Below, one piece after another: positions 37,641-49,005 of a DNA stretch of 64,000 nucleotides (position 1 is the first letter of the stretch; every line of letters begins with the position of its first letter). The position numbers and the translations under genes are program-made. The notes beneath the pieces were generated by a model. That model was not told where the DNA came from and ran no database searches. It worked only from the letters and a program-made list of their open reading frames with translations. Source of the stretch: Camelus ferus (taxonomy: Eukaryota). The stretch covers positions 25,854,001-25,918,000 of the forward strand of contig NC_045717.1 in the NCBI RefSeq assembly GCF_009834535.1. Reading direction: 5' to 3'.

Positions 37641-38269
37641 ACCTCCACTTACGAATAATTTCCCTCTCGCGTTGAGCAAAGAGTTACTCAGAGCTGTGTG
37701 TGTTAGTTCTCACCTAAAATTCCCAAAGGGGCCCAGGAAGGTGGGAGCCGGCCTCAAGGGCATTCAGCCAATGAGGACTACAGGCTGGGTCGCTGCCCAG
37801 CCAGGCCTGTGGGAACAGTGAGGGAACAGGCAGCAGGCTTGGGCCAAGGGGAGTCAGGGGATGCCTGGGGGCGCTTCAGCTGCTAAGATGCTGAAAATAG
37901 CTACCCAGCCAATGGAGCAGCTCCCTCCAGCGGCCATCTGGCGGTTTCCTCCCCAACCCCACCCACCCTGGCCCCAGATCTGGGCTGCAGCAGAGTGTGG
38001 GGATGGGGGACGGGGGCCCAGCTGGCTTCCAGGAGAGACAGAGCAGCTCCGAAGGCGCAGGTGCAAAGGCCCAGGTGCGTTGGCATCTGTTCCTCCCCAG
38101 CCACACCATCCAACCTCCGTGGCCCCTCCCATGCATCACCCTCTCCCCACCCCCATGCACTCCCCTCCCAGCCTTGCCAGCTGCTCCTGCCTCAGGGCCT
38201 TTGCACTGATGTTCCTCCAGTCTGGAACCCTCTTTCCCTGACATCTATGATCCTCTCCTGGTCATCTTT

Positions 38270-38710
38270 TGGGTCTGTGTTAGCTTCCTGGGGCCAAATA
38301 CAAAATACCACAAGCTGAGTGGCTTAAAAACAACAGAAATTTATCTTCTCCTGGTTCTGGAGGCCAGAAGCCTGGAATCAAGGTATCTCAGGGCCATGCT
38401 TCCCGCTGAAGGCTCCAAGGGAGGGTCCTTCCTGCCTCTCCCCGTTTCTGGGGCCCCGGCAATCCTTGGCTTCTTAATGCATAGCTCCAACCTCTGCCTC
38501 TGCCTTCACATGGCCTTATTCCCTCTGTGTGTATCTGTGCGTGAGTCTAAACTCCCCTCTTGTTACCAGGACATCAGTCATTGGATTTAGGGCCACCCTA
38601 ATCCAATGTAACCTCATCTGCAAAGACCCTATTTCCAAAGGAGGCCCCTTTCCCAGATACTGGGATTAGGACTTGAATTTATCTTTTGGAGGGAAGACAG
38701 TTCAACCCAG
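38270..38710 (+). mobile_element. MLT1-type LTR
   Basis: ATACCACAAGCTGAGTGGCTTAAAAACAACAGAAATTTAT...CAGTTCAACCCA. Confidence 0.8.
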
Positions 38711-39284
38711 TGCAGGGTGTCAGCTTAAATGTCACCTGTCCTGGTCTGAAGTCATCCCCTCTGCCGACCCCAGTCACCTTGACCATCCGTCCACACTCCA
38801 GCCCCGCACAGTCTCTCACGGTGCGTCCTCAATTATTGCCGCCTATTTTTATGGGATGCACAGATGTTCATCCAGCAAGTGCCATCTCTCAGGCCCAGAC
38901 CTAGGCTCTGAAGTCAGGGTGACAAAGGTAAAGGCCTTGGAGAGTTTCCAAACCAGCAGCAGGAGACAGACAGCGTGAAGAGCGTTTTAGATGCACTGCA
39001 GTCTCCCGTGGTTGGACCATGCAGACAAACAGGGTAACAGAGGGAGGAGAAGATGGGTGGTGGGCCCGGCAAGGCCTCCGGGGAGGAGCAACATTCAGCC
39101 CACCTGTGCCCCCTCAATGGATGTGACCCTAGGAGAGCAGGCTGGCCCTCTGCCTGCACTTCTGTGTGTGCAGGGCCTGGCGTACAGCAGGCACTCTACA
39201 AATGGGAGGGTTTGGATATCAAAAATCTTTACATGATATTTGTGTGGTTATTCTCCAGCTCAGTAAGTGCTTCTTTTTGTAATT

Positions 39285-39470
39285 GTCTTTTTTATGTATT
39301 TTTATTGAAGTACAGTCCATTTACAATGCTGTGTCAGTTTCCGGTGTACAGCACAAGGCTTCAGTCATATGTGAACATACATACGTTCATTTCATTTTCT
39401 TTTTCACCATAGCTTACCACAAGATATTGAATATAGTTCCCCGTGCTGTACAGTATAAACACGTTGGTTA
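39285..39470 (-). mobile_element. Lineage-specific (artiodactyl/camelid-type) L1 3' end
   Basis: TTTTATTGAAGTACAGTC...CAAGATATTGAATATAGTTCCCCGTGCT; same family as 18704 and 60495. Confidence 0.75.
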
Positions 39471-39639
39471 TCGGATTTTGTGAGAACCTTCCTGTGTTTA
39501 GAAGTGAGAGACCCTGCCAGAGTTCAGTAGCTGTTCTGTGCGATTCAGTGGGTTTGTAGATAAAATTCTTGGTGCACTTATGGGAGAGGGGGAGCTGTGA
39601 GTCTCTCTACTCCACTATTTTGGCTCAACCCCCCTGTAA

Positions 39640-40345
39640 TTTTCTTTTTGAGATAAAATTCACATAACATAAAATTCACCCATATATATGTATATATAAA
39701 ATATATAATTTTATATATGTATATATATAAACATATATATTTTTATGCATTTACATATATACTATATTTTTCCCCCTTAACAGAGACACTGGGGATTGAA
39801 TCCAGGATCTGGTGCACCCTCTACCACCAAGCCCCAAAATCTAACTCTCTACCCCCAAATTCACCCTTTTGAAGTGCACAATTCAGTGGCTTTTAGTGTA
39901 TTTACAAGGTTGTGCAACCATCACCACTAATGTCAGACTATTCCATCACCCCAAAAAGAACCCTGTTAGCTGTCACTCCCCTTCCCTCTCCTCCAGGCAG
40001 CCAGGAACCCCCTCCCTGTGTCTGGGGACTGGCCTGTTCCGGACGTCTCACATCCATGGACTCACACGCTGTGTGTCCTTCTGTGTCTGCTTCTCTCACT
40101 GAGCATCGTGCTCTCAGGGTCTGTCCACGTGGCAGCAAGTGTCAGGGCTTCTCTCCTTTTCATGGCCGAGTAGTATTCCAGTGTGCGGAAGGACCATATC
40201 TGTGTATCCAGTCTTCAGCTGATGGACACGGGTTGTTTCCACTTTTTGATTACTGTGGCTCATGCTCCTTTGAGCACTGCAATGTGAGTTTCTGTGTGGA
40301 TGTGTGTGCTCGGTCCTCTTGGATAGACAGCCAGGAGTGGGATGG
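39640..40345 (-). mobile_element. L1M(B)-like 3' region, interrupted by an AT-rich tract and a SINE remnant
   Basis: AAAATTCACATAACATAAAATTCACC...CAATTCAGTGGCTTTTAGT...GGTTGTTTCCACTTTTTG. Confidence 0.75.
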
Positions 40346-40449
40346 CGGGCCCTACGTTGGATAAATCCTTCTTGGGTGCACTATTAGGGCGGGGCGGGGT
40401 GGCGGGATGCGGGTGCTAACGCTGCCCCCGCCTTCAGGTGCCCACGAGG

Positions 40450-40467
40450 ATGCTGGCGTGGCCTTAG
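40450..40467 (+). other. Upstream ORF (MLAWP*) in the LINGO3 5' UTR
   Basis: AGG ATG CTG GCG TGG CCT TAG, lying between the exon 2 acceptor and the main ATG. Confidence 0.6.
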
Positions 40468-40483
40468 GCCCAGGCTCCGCACC

Positions 40484-42262
40484 ATGACCTGCTGGCTGTG
40501 CGTCCTGAGCCTGCAGCTCCTGCTCCTGCCCGCGGCCCCGCCCCCCGCCGGGGGCTGCCCAGCCCGCTGCGAGTGCACAGCGCAGGCGCGCGCGGTGGCC
40601 TGTCCGCGGCGCCGGCTGACCGCCGTGCCTGACGGCATCCCGGCCGAGACGCGCCTGCTGGAGCTCAGCCGCAACCGCATCCGCTGCCTGAACCCGGGCG
40701 ACCTGGCCGCCCTGCCGCTGCTGGAGGAGCTGGACCTGAGCGAGAACGTGATCGCGCACGTGGAGCCAGGCGCCTTCGCCAACCTGCCGCGCCTGCGCGT
40801 GCTGCGCCTCCGCGGCAACCTGCTCAAGCTCATCCCGCCCGGGGTCTTCACGCGCCTGGACAACCTCACGCTGCTGGACCTGAGCGAGAACAAGCTGGTC
40901 ATCCTCCTGGACTACGCCTTCCAGGACCTGCGCAGCCTCCGCCGGCTGGAGGTGGGAGACAACGACCTGGTGTTCATCTCGCGCCGGGCCTTCGCCGGGC
41001 TGCTAGCGCTCGAGGAGTTGACCCTGGAGCGCTGCAACCTGACGGCGCTCTCGGGCGAGTCGCTGGGCCACCTGCGGGGCCTGGGCGCCCTGCGGCTGCG
41101 GCACCTGGCCATCGCCGCCCTGGAGGACCAGAACTTCCAGCGGCTCCCGGGCCTGCTGCACCTGGAGATTGACAACTGGCCGCTGCTGGAGGAGGTGGCC
41201 GCCGGCAGCCTGCGGGGTCTCAACCTGACTTCGCTGTCCGTCACCCACACCAACATCACCGCCGTGCCGGCCGCCGCTCTGCGCCACCAGGCCCACCTCA
41301 CCTGCCTCAACCTGTCGCACAACCCCATCAGCACGGTGCCGCGTGGGTCCTTNNNNNNNNNNNNNNNNNNNNNNNNNNNNNNNNNNNNNNNNNNNNNNNN
41401 NNNNNNNNNNNNNNNNNNNNNNNNNNNNNNNNNNNNNNNNNNNNNNNNNNNNNNNNNNNNNNNNNNNNNNNNNNNNNNNNNNNNAGAGAGCACCTTCCAC
41501 TCGGTCAACACCCTGGAGACGCTGCGCGTGGACGGGAACCCGCTGGCCTGTGACTGTCGCCTGCTCTGGATCGTGCAGCGCCGCAAGACCCTTAACTTCG
41601 ACGGCCGCCTGCCGGCCTGCGCCACCCCAGCGGAGGTCCGCGGCGACGCTCTGCGCAACCTGCCGGACTCAGTGCTCTTCGAGTACTTCGTGTGCCGCAA
41701 GCCCAAGATCCGCGAGCGGCGGCTGCAGCACGTCACGGCGGCCGCGGGCGACGACGTGCGCTTCCAGTGCCGCGCCGAGGGCGAGCCGGCGCCCACCGTG
41801 GCCTGGGTGACGCCCCGGCACCACGCGGTCACCGCCGCCAGCGCCGGCCGGGCGCGCGTGCTGCCGGGTGGCNNNNNNNNNNNNNNNNNNNNNNNNNNNN
41901 NNNNNNNNNNNNNNNNNNNNNNNNNNNNNNNNNNNNNNNNNNNNNNNNNNNNNNNNNNNNNNNNNNNNNNNNNNNNNNNNNNNNNNNNNNNNNNNNNNNN
42001 NNNNNNNNNNNNNNNNNNNNACACGGAGGCGGCCGCGCGCTTCCCGCTGGACCTCACCACCATCCTGGTGTCCACCGCCATGGGCTGCATCACCTTCCTG
42101 GGCGTCGTCCTCTTCTGCTTCCTGCTGCTCTTCGTGTGGAGCCGCGGCCGCGGGCAGCACAAGAACAACTTCTCCGTGGAGTACTCTTTCCGCAAGGTGG
42201 ACGGGCCCGCGGCGGCTGCAGGCCAGGGAGGCGCCCGCAAATTCAACATGAAGATGATCTGA
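40484..42262 (+). CDS. LINGO3: Leucine-rich repeat and Ig domain-containing Nogo receptor-interacting protein 3, single coding exon, 592 aa (two internal N-runs)
   Basis: Signal peptide, LRRNT (CPARCEC), LRRs, LRRCT (GNPLACDC), Ig domain, TM segment, and the LINGO-family C-terminus RKFNMKMI*. Frame is kept across both N-runs. Synteny with LSM7 and PEAK3. Confidence 0.96.
   Translation: MTCWLCVLSLQLLLLPAAPPPAGGCPARCECTAQARAVACPRRRLTAVPDGIPAETRLLELSRNRIRCLNPGDLAALPLLEELDLSENVIAHVEPGAFANLPRLRVLRLRGNLLKLIPPGVFTRLDNLTLLDLSENKLVILLDYAFQDLRSLRRLEVGDNDLVFISRRAFAGLLALEELTLERCNLTALSGESLGHLRGLGALRLRHLAIAALEDQNFQRLPGLLHLEIDNWPLLEEVAAGSLRGLNLTSLSVTHTNITAVPAAALRHQAHLTCLNLSHNPISTVPRGSXXXXXXXXXXXXXXXXXXXXXXXXXXXXXXXXXXXXXXXXXXXXXESTFHSVNTLETLRVDGNPLACDCRLLWIVQRRKTLNFDGRLPACATPAEVRGDALRNLPDSVLFEYFVCRKPKIRERRLQHVTAAAGDDVRFQCRAEGEPAPTVAWVTPRHHAVTAASAGRARVLPGGXXXXXXXXXXXXXXXXXXXXXXXXXXXXXXXXXXXXXXXXXXXXXXXXXXTEAAARFPLDLTTILVSTAMGCITFLGVVLFCFLLLFVWSRGRGQHKNNFSVEYSFRKVDGPAAAAGQGGARKFNMKMI
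41353..41484. other. N-run, 132 nt, inside the LINGO3 CDS
   Basis: Direct. Confidence 0.99.
41873..42020. other. N-run, 148 nt, inside the LINGO3 CDS
   Basis: Direct. Confidence 0.99.
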
Positions 42263-44521
42263 GCGGCCCGGGCCGACCTCCTGCAGCCCTTGCCGCTGGA
42301 CCTGGGCTGGAAGCTGCGTCTCCGACTCCGTCCAGGTCCACGTCCACGCCAGCCCGTTGCTGGCGCGTCTGACGACCACGACCACCTATGCATTTCCCGC
42401 AGGGGGCGGCCGCAAGCCGGCTCTTGGCAGAACTTCCCCTTTTTTGTAGAGACCCGACCACAGGACTGTTTTTTCATCAGGAAGCATTTTTGCAGAGTTT
42501 CTCAAGAGTTTTCTTAGGGTTTCACCCTGTCTTCCTGCCCCTGGTGTGGTCGCTGAGCTAGGCAGGGGAGGGGAGGGGGCTCAGAGACCCTGGATCCTCA
42601 CCACATACACAGCTCACACCTGGAGGAGATGGTGTACACCCAGGACCCCACAGAGGGCCACCCAGCCCCCAGGCCAGGGGACGTGAAAGCCCCCACTGTT
42701 CATCCCTGGACACCCCACTCTCCACAGCACAGCACACAGTCATTCACACCTGAGACACCCAACCAGACCCACAGCTCCAGAGCAGAACACACACACCTCA
42801 CACCCAGCTGACACTAGTTACGCGCCCCGAGCTCCAGAGCTCACATGGCAGGCAGGGCTCTCGGAGAGCACAGCACCCACCTGGGACAGGCAGCTCATAC
42901 CTGGGAGACACTCAGCCCACACCCGGGACACACCTCAGCTGATCATCTCAGGGCAGATCTCAGGGTCTAGGCTGAGGTCTCCCTGAGCAGGTCAGGCTCA
43001 CCCTGAGGGCACCCAGAACGCAGGGTGGTCCCTGCCCCCTGGCCCATGCACCCGCACTCAGACTCCCTCCCAGCAGGACCCACTGGCCCAGCAGGCGGGT
43101 CGCCCACTAGGAGAAGCCATCTCCCCAGCTCCTCCCACCGCTCCTCAGAGCTGCCACTTGCTTCCCGCATCCTCAGCACACGGGAGGTCCAGCCATCCTG
43201 GCCCCTGGCCCAGGAACATGGCTTCCGGGGCGTCCCTCTCCAGCAGACCAGTGGGGTGACCTTCAATCCTGAGTCTGCACCACCCCTTTGCCAGCCTCAG
43301 ACAAGCCTGAGTGGGGTCCCACCCCACCCAGACCCTAGGCCCATTGCCCACTTCGGGAAGGAGACTGGAGTGTGGAAGGTTCTCAGGGTCCCTGTTGCAT
43401 GCACTGCAGGGCCAGCGATGGGCAGCAAGGCCATGACAGGGTTCAAGCTACAGGGAGACCTGGACCTGGGTTGTTGGGAGAAGTGACAGAGGGACCTTGG
43501 CCTCTGCAAGCTTGGGGCAGATCTAGGGCTAAAGGGTAGGGGGTCGCAGGCAGACTATAGCTCAGGTGAAAGAGGAGATTCCCCAGGGTCACTGCCCTGT
43601 TGCTCTGCAGATAGTGAGTTCCCGTCACTGTGGGCATGCAAGCAGGAGCTGAAGTTTTGCAGACGTATTCAGACCCCAGACAGGGACCATCCACGACCCT
43701 GCCTATCCCAGCCTGGTCCTTGCCCCGCCAACCCATTCTCTACCTCGGCCAGACAACATAGGGCATCACTGAGGGGGAAGGAGCACAGGACATGTTGTGG
43801 CCAGACCTCGGCTAGAAAGGAGCTTGGCTGCCAGCCAGGAGGTTAGACGGTGTGCTCAAGGACCTTGTAGAAAGGCTCAAAGCCAGCTCTGTTCCCACCC
43901 AGCTGTGTAATCTTGGTTGGCAACTGAGGACCACCTGGACCATGGCTGGTTGGGTCTGAGGGCCAAACCTATTGCTACATACAGAGAGGCCAGACCCAAG
44001 GACAAGCTCGATGACTGACTTGGATTCTGGATCCCTCAAGGTCTTTCTGAGATGAGCCACAGAGAAAGCTGTCACCTCTGAAGGTTTTGTTGAGCAAAAG
44101 CTTCAGACAGGACTTGGAAGTTCCACTGGCCATTCTCCCCGGGCTGGAAACATTGGGAGGTGGGAGGTCCATGGTCCTGCCCCATGATGTGCACTCTGCC
44201 CCAGCCCCATTCATGGCAGCAAGTGATGGCAGAAGGGGGTGTCCAGCCATATTCCACCTGAGTCGAACAGAATGGGCTATTTTTTTTCCCTTAGCATCCT
44301 CCTGACCTTGGTTACCATGACAACCCTGAGGGCCCCTCAAAATGACATCCAAGTGCCTTTAGCATCATCAAGAAAGGAGGGGATATGTTCTCGGCAGTGT
44401 TAGGACTTACAGAACGTCAGCATATTGGGACCTTCCAGTCCCCTCCACTGGCCCCTGTCCCAACATGAACCAAGAACCCCATCTCCCCCCACCTCCACCC
44501 TGCTGTATTTGGTTGGAATCC

Positions 44522-44527
44522 AATAAA
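44522..44527 (+). terminator. LINGO3: Probable LINGO3 poly(A) signal (3' UTR about 2.3 kb)
   Basis: First AATAAA I found after the stop; followed by a GU/U-rich tract at ~44555-44575. Confidence 0.6.
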
Positions 44528-45639
44528 AATGAAACCAATTTAATAACAAACTTCAGGGTTTTGTTTTTTTTTTTAACTCTCATGGGAAGAGTTGGGACAG
44601 GAAGTACGGATGCTGTGGTCCCTGGGGGAGCTGCCCAGCTCCAGCCCCAAAGCAAGCCGTGAATCGCGGGGCGTTTGCAGAGAATGACCCATGTGATAAC
44701 ATTAGAGGTCACACTTCAGGAGTGCCCATGCTGTTCCCAGTGCTGTTCCCTGTACTGCCTGTATTGACTCCTTCCACAGTGATGATGACCCTGTGAGCTG
44801 GGTCCTGTTATGATCCCATTTTACAGACAGGCAAAGAGAAGGTCAAAGGCTGCCCAGAGTCCCCAGCTGGGGAGAGGCGGAGTGCTGAGAGGGACCAGTG
44901 GAGCTGGGCTGTCAGGGAAACTCTTGCCCTAAGCTGGGACCAGTGGCAGAGCTGGCAGCAGGGAGGAAAGGAGAAATGAGCTGCAGACCCACACCCTCCT
45001 TGCTGTGCCCCTAGTGCTGGCAGCTTCCTCCCCTAGGGCTGTGGGGTCTCTCCCACCCACTCCCGATGGATGGGGAAAGCAGAGTACAGAGCCCAGAGTC
45101 GGGGCTCAAACCCTACTGGTCCCTGGAGGCTTGTGCTATTTTTGCAGGGAGGTGGCTGGAGTCAGAGCCGCCAGAAACAGAAGCAGGATCAAGACATTTC
45201 AGGGGCTGCGGGGCAACCTCTCGGCACCTGATTTCAAAGAAACGGAGGTTGGGGGTGCTGGGCTGTGGCACCCTCCTGAGAGGCTTCATTTCCCCTATTC
45301 TTCCTGCAGCAGAGGGAGGAGGAAGATTGCCTCACGGGCCGTGGTTTCCTCATCCACAGGGGCTGCCTGCATCCCTGGTTCAGACTAGGTACAAGATCCA
45401 GGATTCCTGAATCCTGTCTTATTCTTGGGATGCAGCTGAGGGGGTCTTCCTTCTTTGGACAGCCAAGGGCAGCTGAAGGGGGACCCGTCCCATTGGTGGC
45501 CAGGAACCCAAGGCGGGGCTCCTCAGAGGGGTGTCTGTGGCCCCAGTGCTGTGTGGCCCAGGGGAAGTCGCTGCCCCTCTCTGCGCCATGTGCTCATCTA
45601 TAAACTGGAGAATTATGGTCCTCTTTTATGCAGAGGACT

Positions 45640-46025
45640 AACTGCATGAGCTTCCTATGGCTGCTCTAACAAAACTTTGCCACTTACAACAACGGGAGTT
45701 TGTTACTCAGCACTCCCGGACGTCAGAAGTCTAAAAGGAACCGGTGGCTGGTTCCTCCCAGAGGCTCCAGGCTTCCAGCTTCTAGAGGCGCCGCACCCCT
45801 GGCTCACGGCCCCCCCTCCATCCTCACCGCCAGCAGCGCAGCACCTCCCGTCTCTCTTTGACTCTGACCTCCCGCCTCCCTCTGATGAGGACCCTGTGAG
45901 GACACAGGGCCCCCCAGGAACCCAGGGTCCCCCCCGTCCTCATCTAATCAGCACCTGAGCGCCCCCGCCATGCTGCATGACATATTCCCAGGTTCTGGAC
46001 AAGGACATCTTTGGGGACTAGAATT
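45640..46025 (+). mobile_element. MLT1-type LTR (copy C of the homogenised set)
   Basis: Shares a near-identical core with copies A and B. Confidence 0.8.
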
Positions 46026-47790
46026 CTACGTGCCAAAAAAACTAAGGAATTTTTCTTAGAGATGCCAAGTCTGACATCTGTGAGCCTCTGGCACCCGGAG
46101 CACCGCTCCAGGCAGTGCGGGCCATGAGGGCAATGCAGAGAGCCTGGCCCCAGCTCCCGCAGTGCTCCAAACGCTTCTTGAATGAAAGAACAGCTTTCAG
46201 GTCGACAGAGGGCCTGGCCCTGGGGCAGGGTAGTAGGACAGGGCCGATCTGGGGGTGACACACACAGGGGCCACTTTTTAGGGTTAGCTGAGGCAAGCAG
46301 GCCCATTTCTGGGCCTCGGGGAGGACTGTCCATTGGGGCTCAGTGGGGTGCTGGGCACATAGGGGTGCTAAGCAATCGCTCTCCTCCCTCACAAAGGGCC
46401 CCTACTCTGACCACTCCAAGGGGGGCCGTCTTGAGGCAGGCAGGGGATCCCCAGGCACCAGCTGCCCCCAGCCCTGCCCGTCCTGGGTGAAGAAGTCCTT
46501 GGGATGTCACCGCTTGTCCCAGTCTGGAGCCTCTGCCCCAGGGTGAGGCGAGCGAGGCACTGACCTGGGGCACAAAATCTGAGGGGGAGCCCCGCACTCC
46601 ATCACCAAGAGCAATATTCTACAAACCAAATTGATTCACACCCCACGGTGGACAAAATATCAACCTTTTAAATAAAGACAGATGCCTGCCCTGGCACGAC
46701 CCTACCTCACTCTCCACACCCTAATCCTGGCCCGGGTTCCAATAAAACTTTATTTACAAAAACAGCCAGTCAGCCCATGGGCCATAGTTTGCAAACAAGA
46801 TTTTTTTTAATGTTACATTGAAATGTTATTTATCTTGATACATTAAAATTTTATTTATCTTGATCACTTAAGGGTGGCTTTTGTTGTTTTGTTTTGTTTT
46901 TTGGCATCATCTTAAATTTGGTGCGACAAGTGCCTTGCTTGCTTCACCCTAATTAATCCAAGATGAGAGCCACAGCCCAGCAAGGTGACCCCGCAGGGTC
47001 TCACAAAGGGGAGAATAAGATCTCATGGCCAGTAGGGGACTAAGCGGTGAGGAGGACACTTCCTCAGCACCTCCAGCCCCTTCTGTTCCACCTGGAACAG
47101 CCCAGGGTTTGTGGAATCCCTGTCTTGTATAATTTGCAGAATCTTCCTCAAGCCCACCATCCTCCCATTGCACGATTTTGAAATTTGTCAAAATCATAGA
47201 CTGCCCCATGGATTAAGGACAGAGTGTGTACGTTCTGCGAATGATAAAAGCTGTGTGCTGGAAGAATTAAAGTATCAGATCAAATTATAGCCCCTCAACT
47301 GGGAGATGCCTCAGGAGGTCAGCAGTCTGTGTTGCCCAAGGTGTGGCAGGAGACCTGCTTGGAGGACCCCATGAGATGGGTTCATCTCCTTCCCTAAACC
47401 CAGGGGCACCCAGCAATGGCCCATGGTCCAGCCTGGACCTGCTGTGTGACCTGTGTGGACTGCTGCCCTCTCTGGGCTCACTGCCCCTAAGGGAAATGAG
47501 ACGGGGCAAGGGGAGAACTCGAGCGTGAAAGACGCTCAAACTACAAAGCAAACACGTCTTTGTATCTTTGCATCTGCAGCGATTTCTTGGTTCTTTCATT
47601 ACAAGGGGGAGAGGCTGGGTTTGCAGCGGAGACACCTCTCATGCCTCCAGGCCAGCAGGGCAAGCCTCAGGCCCCCAAACTGCTTTGACAGGCCTGTGCT
47701 TAAGTGAGAATTTCACCCTGTCTGGTTTTCCCTGGATGTTCAGCATTCTTGATTTTCTATGTATGGAAATCTCTATCAAATGTCTTTCCT

Positions 47791-47915
47791 GGGGGCAGTG
47801 CTGCTCAGTGGTAGAGTGCATGCCTAGCATGCCCGAGGTCCTGGGTTCAGTCCCCAGTACCTCCATTTAAATAAACAAACAAACCTAATTACCCACCCTT
47901 CCCCCCAAAAAAACC
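47791..47915 (+). mobile_element. Camelid-type tRNA-derived SINE with TSD
   Basis: A and B boxes; CAAATGTCTTT flanks at 47777-47787 and 47916-47926. Confidence 0.8.
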
Positions 47916-48439
47916 CAAATGTCTTTTTCTAAATAAATGCATTAAGGTGGTTGGGGGAGGGAAGTGAGTCAATTAAATTTTTAAAGACAAATCCAGCTAG
48001 TTTGGCTGTCGGGAGGCAGAAAGCAGGAGCCACTTTTCTTTAATTGCTGGAACAGAGAGGGTGGCGATTTGCCCAGTGTGACACAGCACAGCATGTCAGA
48101 GCAGAGCTGGAGCTCAAAAGGAAGAACCTGCCCAGAGTGTGGGGATCAGATCGCTCCCAGTGCAAGGGTCCTGGGAGGGGCAGGAGATGGGGTAGAGGGC
48201 ACACTGGGGGCTTCTCAGTGGGTCGGGCTGTGAAGGTAATGAAAGCCACAGAGGAAAGGGTCACCTGGTTGAGTTTCTCCCCAAACAGTCATTTCTGGGG
48301 TTCCCTGCCCACCCCAAAGGTGGGAGGTCTAAAATGTCTCCCTTTCCTCAATCTCTCAGGCTCCCCTCTGCTGCCCACCTCTTGTCACCATTGGGACCTC
48401 AGCCCGTCTTCCCCATCTCCCCCTACCCTGCTTCCAGCC

Positions 48440-48644
48440 CTGGAACAGGGAAGCGGACATGGGGAAGTAGTGCGGAACCCCCTGCCCCGCTACCCCTCCT
48501 CCCCCAGGTCTGCGGTCTAACAGTTGCCTGGGCGTTTCCGGTTCACTGCCAGCCACCAGTCAGACGGTCCAGGAGGCCAGGGCCTGCAGCTATTGGGAGT
48601 TTGTCCCCAAGGCCCCCCTGCCCGGAGGTCGCTCAGGTCTGAAG
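48440..48644 (+). promoter_or_regulatory. PEAK3: Probable PEAK3 promoter and non-coding exon 1 (donor AAG|GTAAGG at 48644)
   Basis: Strong donor ~360 nt upstream of the CAGCAG acceptor (48999-49004) just before the ATG; ETS and RUNX motifs upstream. Confidence 0.5.
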
Positions 48645-49005
48645 GTAAGGCACTCCTGGAGGGGGCTGAGGCAGGGTGTGGGTGGAAGCACTGCTTCTCG
48701 AGGTTGGGCTGACCTAGAATCCGGGTGGGGCAGGACTGCGAGCCAGGCGCTGTTGGCAACGGCTTGAGGGGGCTGAACTCTGGGGACAAGGTCCAAGCGC
48801 AGGATCCCCCAGCTGTTCCCCCCAAGGTCTTGCCCTCATAGCTGGACATTCTGTCCATGTCACAAAAGTACAGGGTCTTTCCCACTAAAAGGTCAGTGGG
48901 TGATACTCACCCAGAGAGGTCAAGCAACCCTCCCGGGGCCACACAGCAGGGTCAAGTCTAGGCCCCACCCACACGTGCCCCCAACTCCGACCTTCCCCCA
49001 GCAGC

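Noticed and set aside
40912-42477. 521-aa antisense ORF to LINGO3
   Set aside because: Shadow of a GC3-rich coding exon; it spans N-runs and shows no independent signals.
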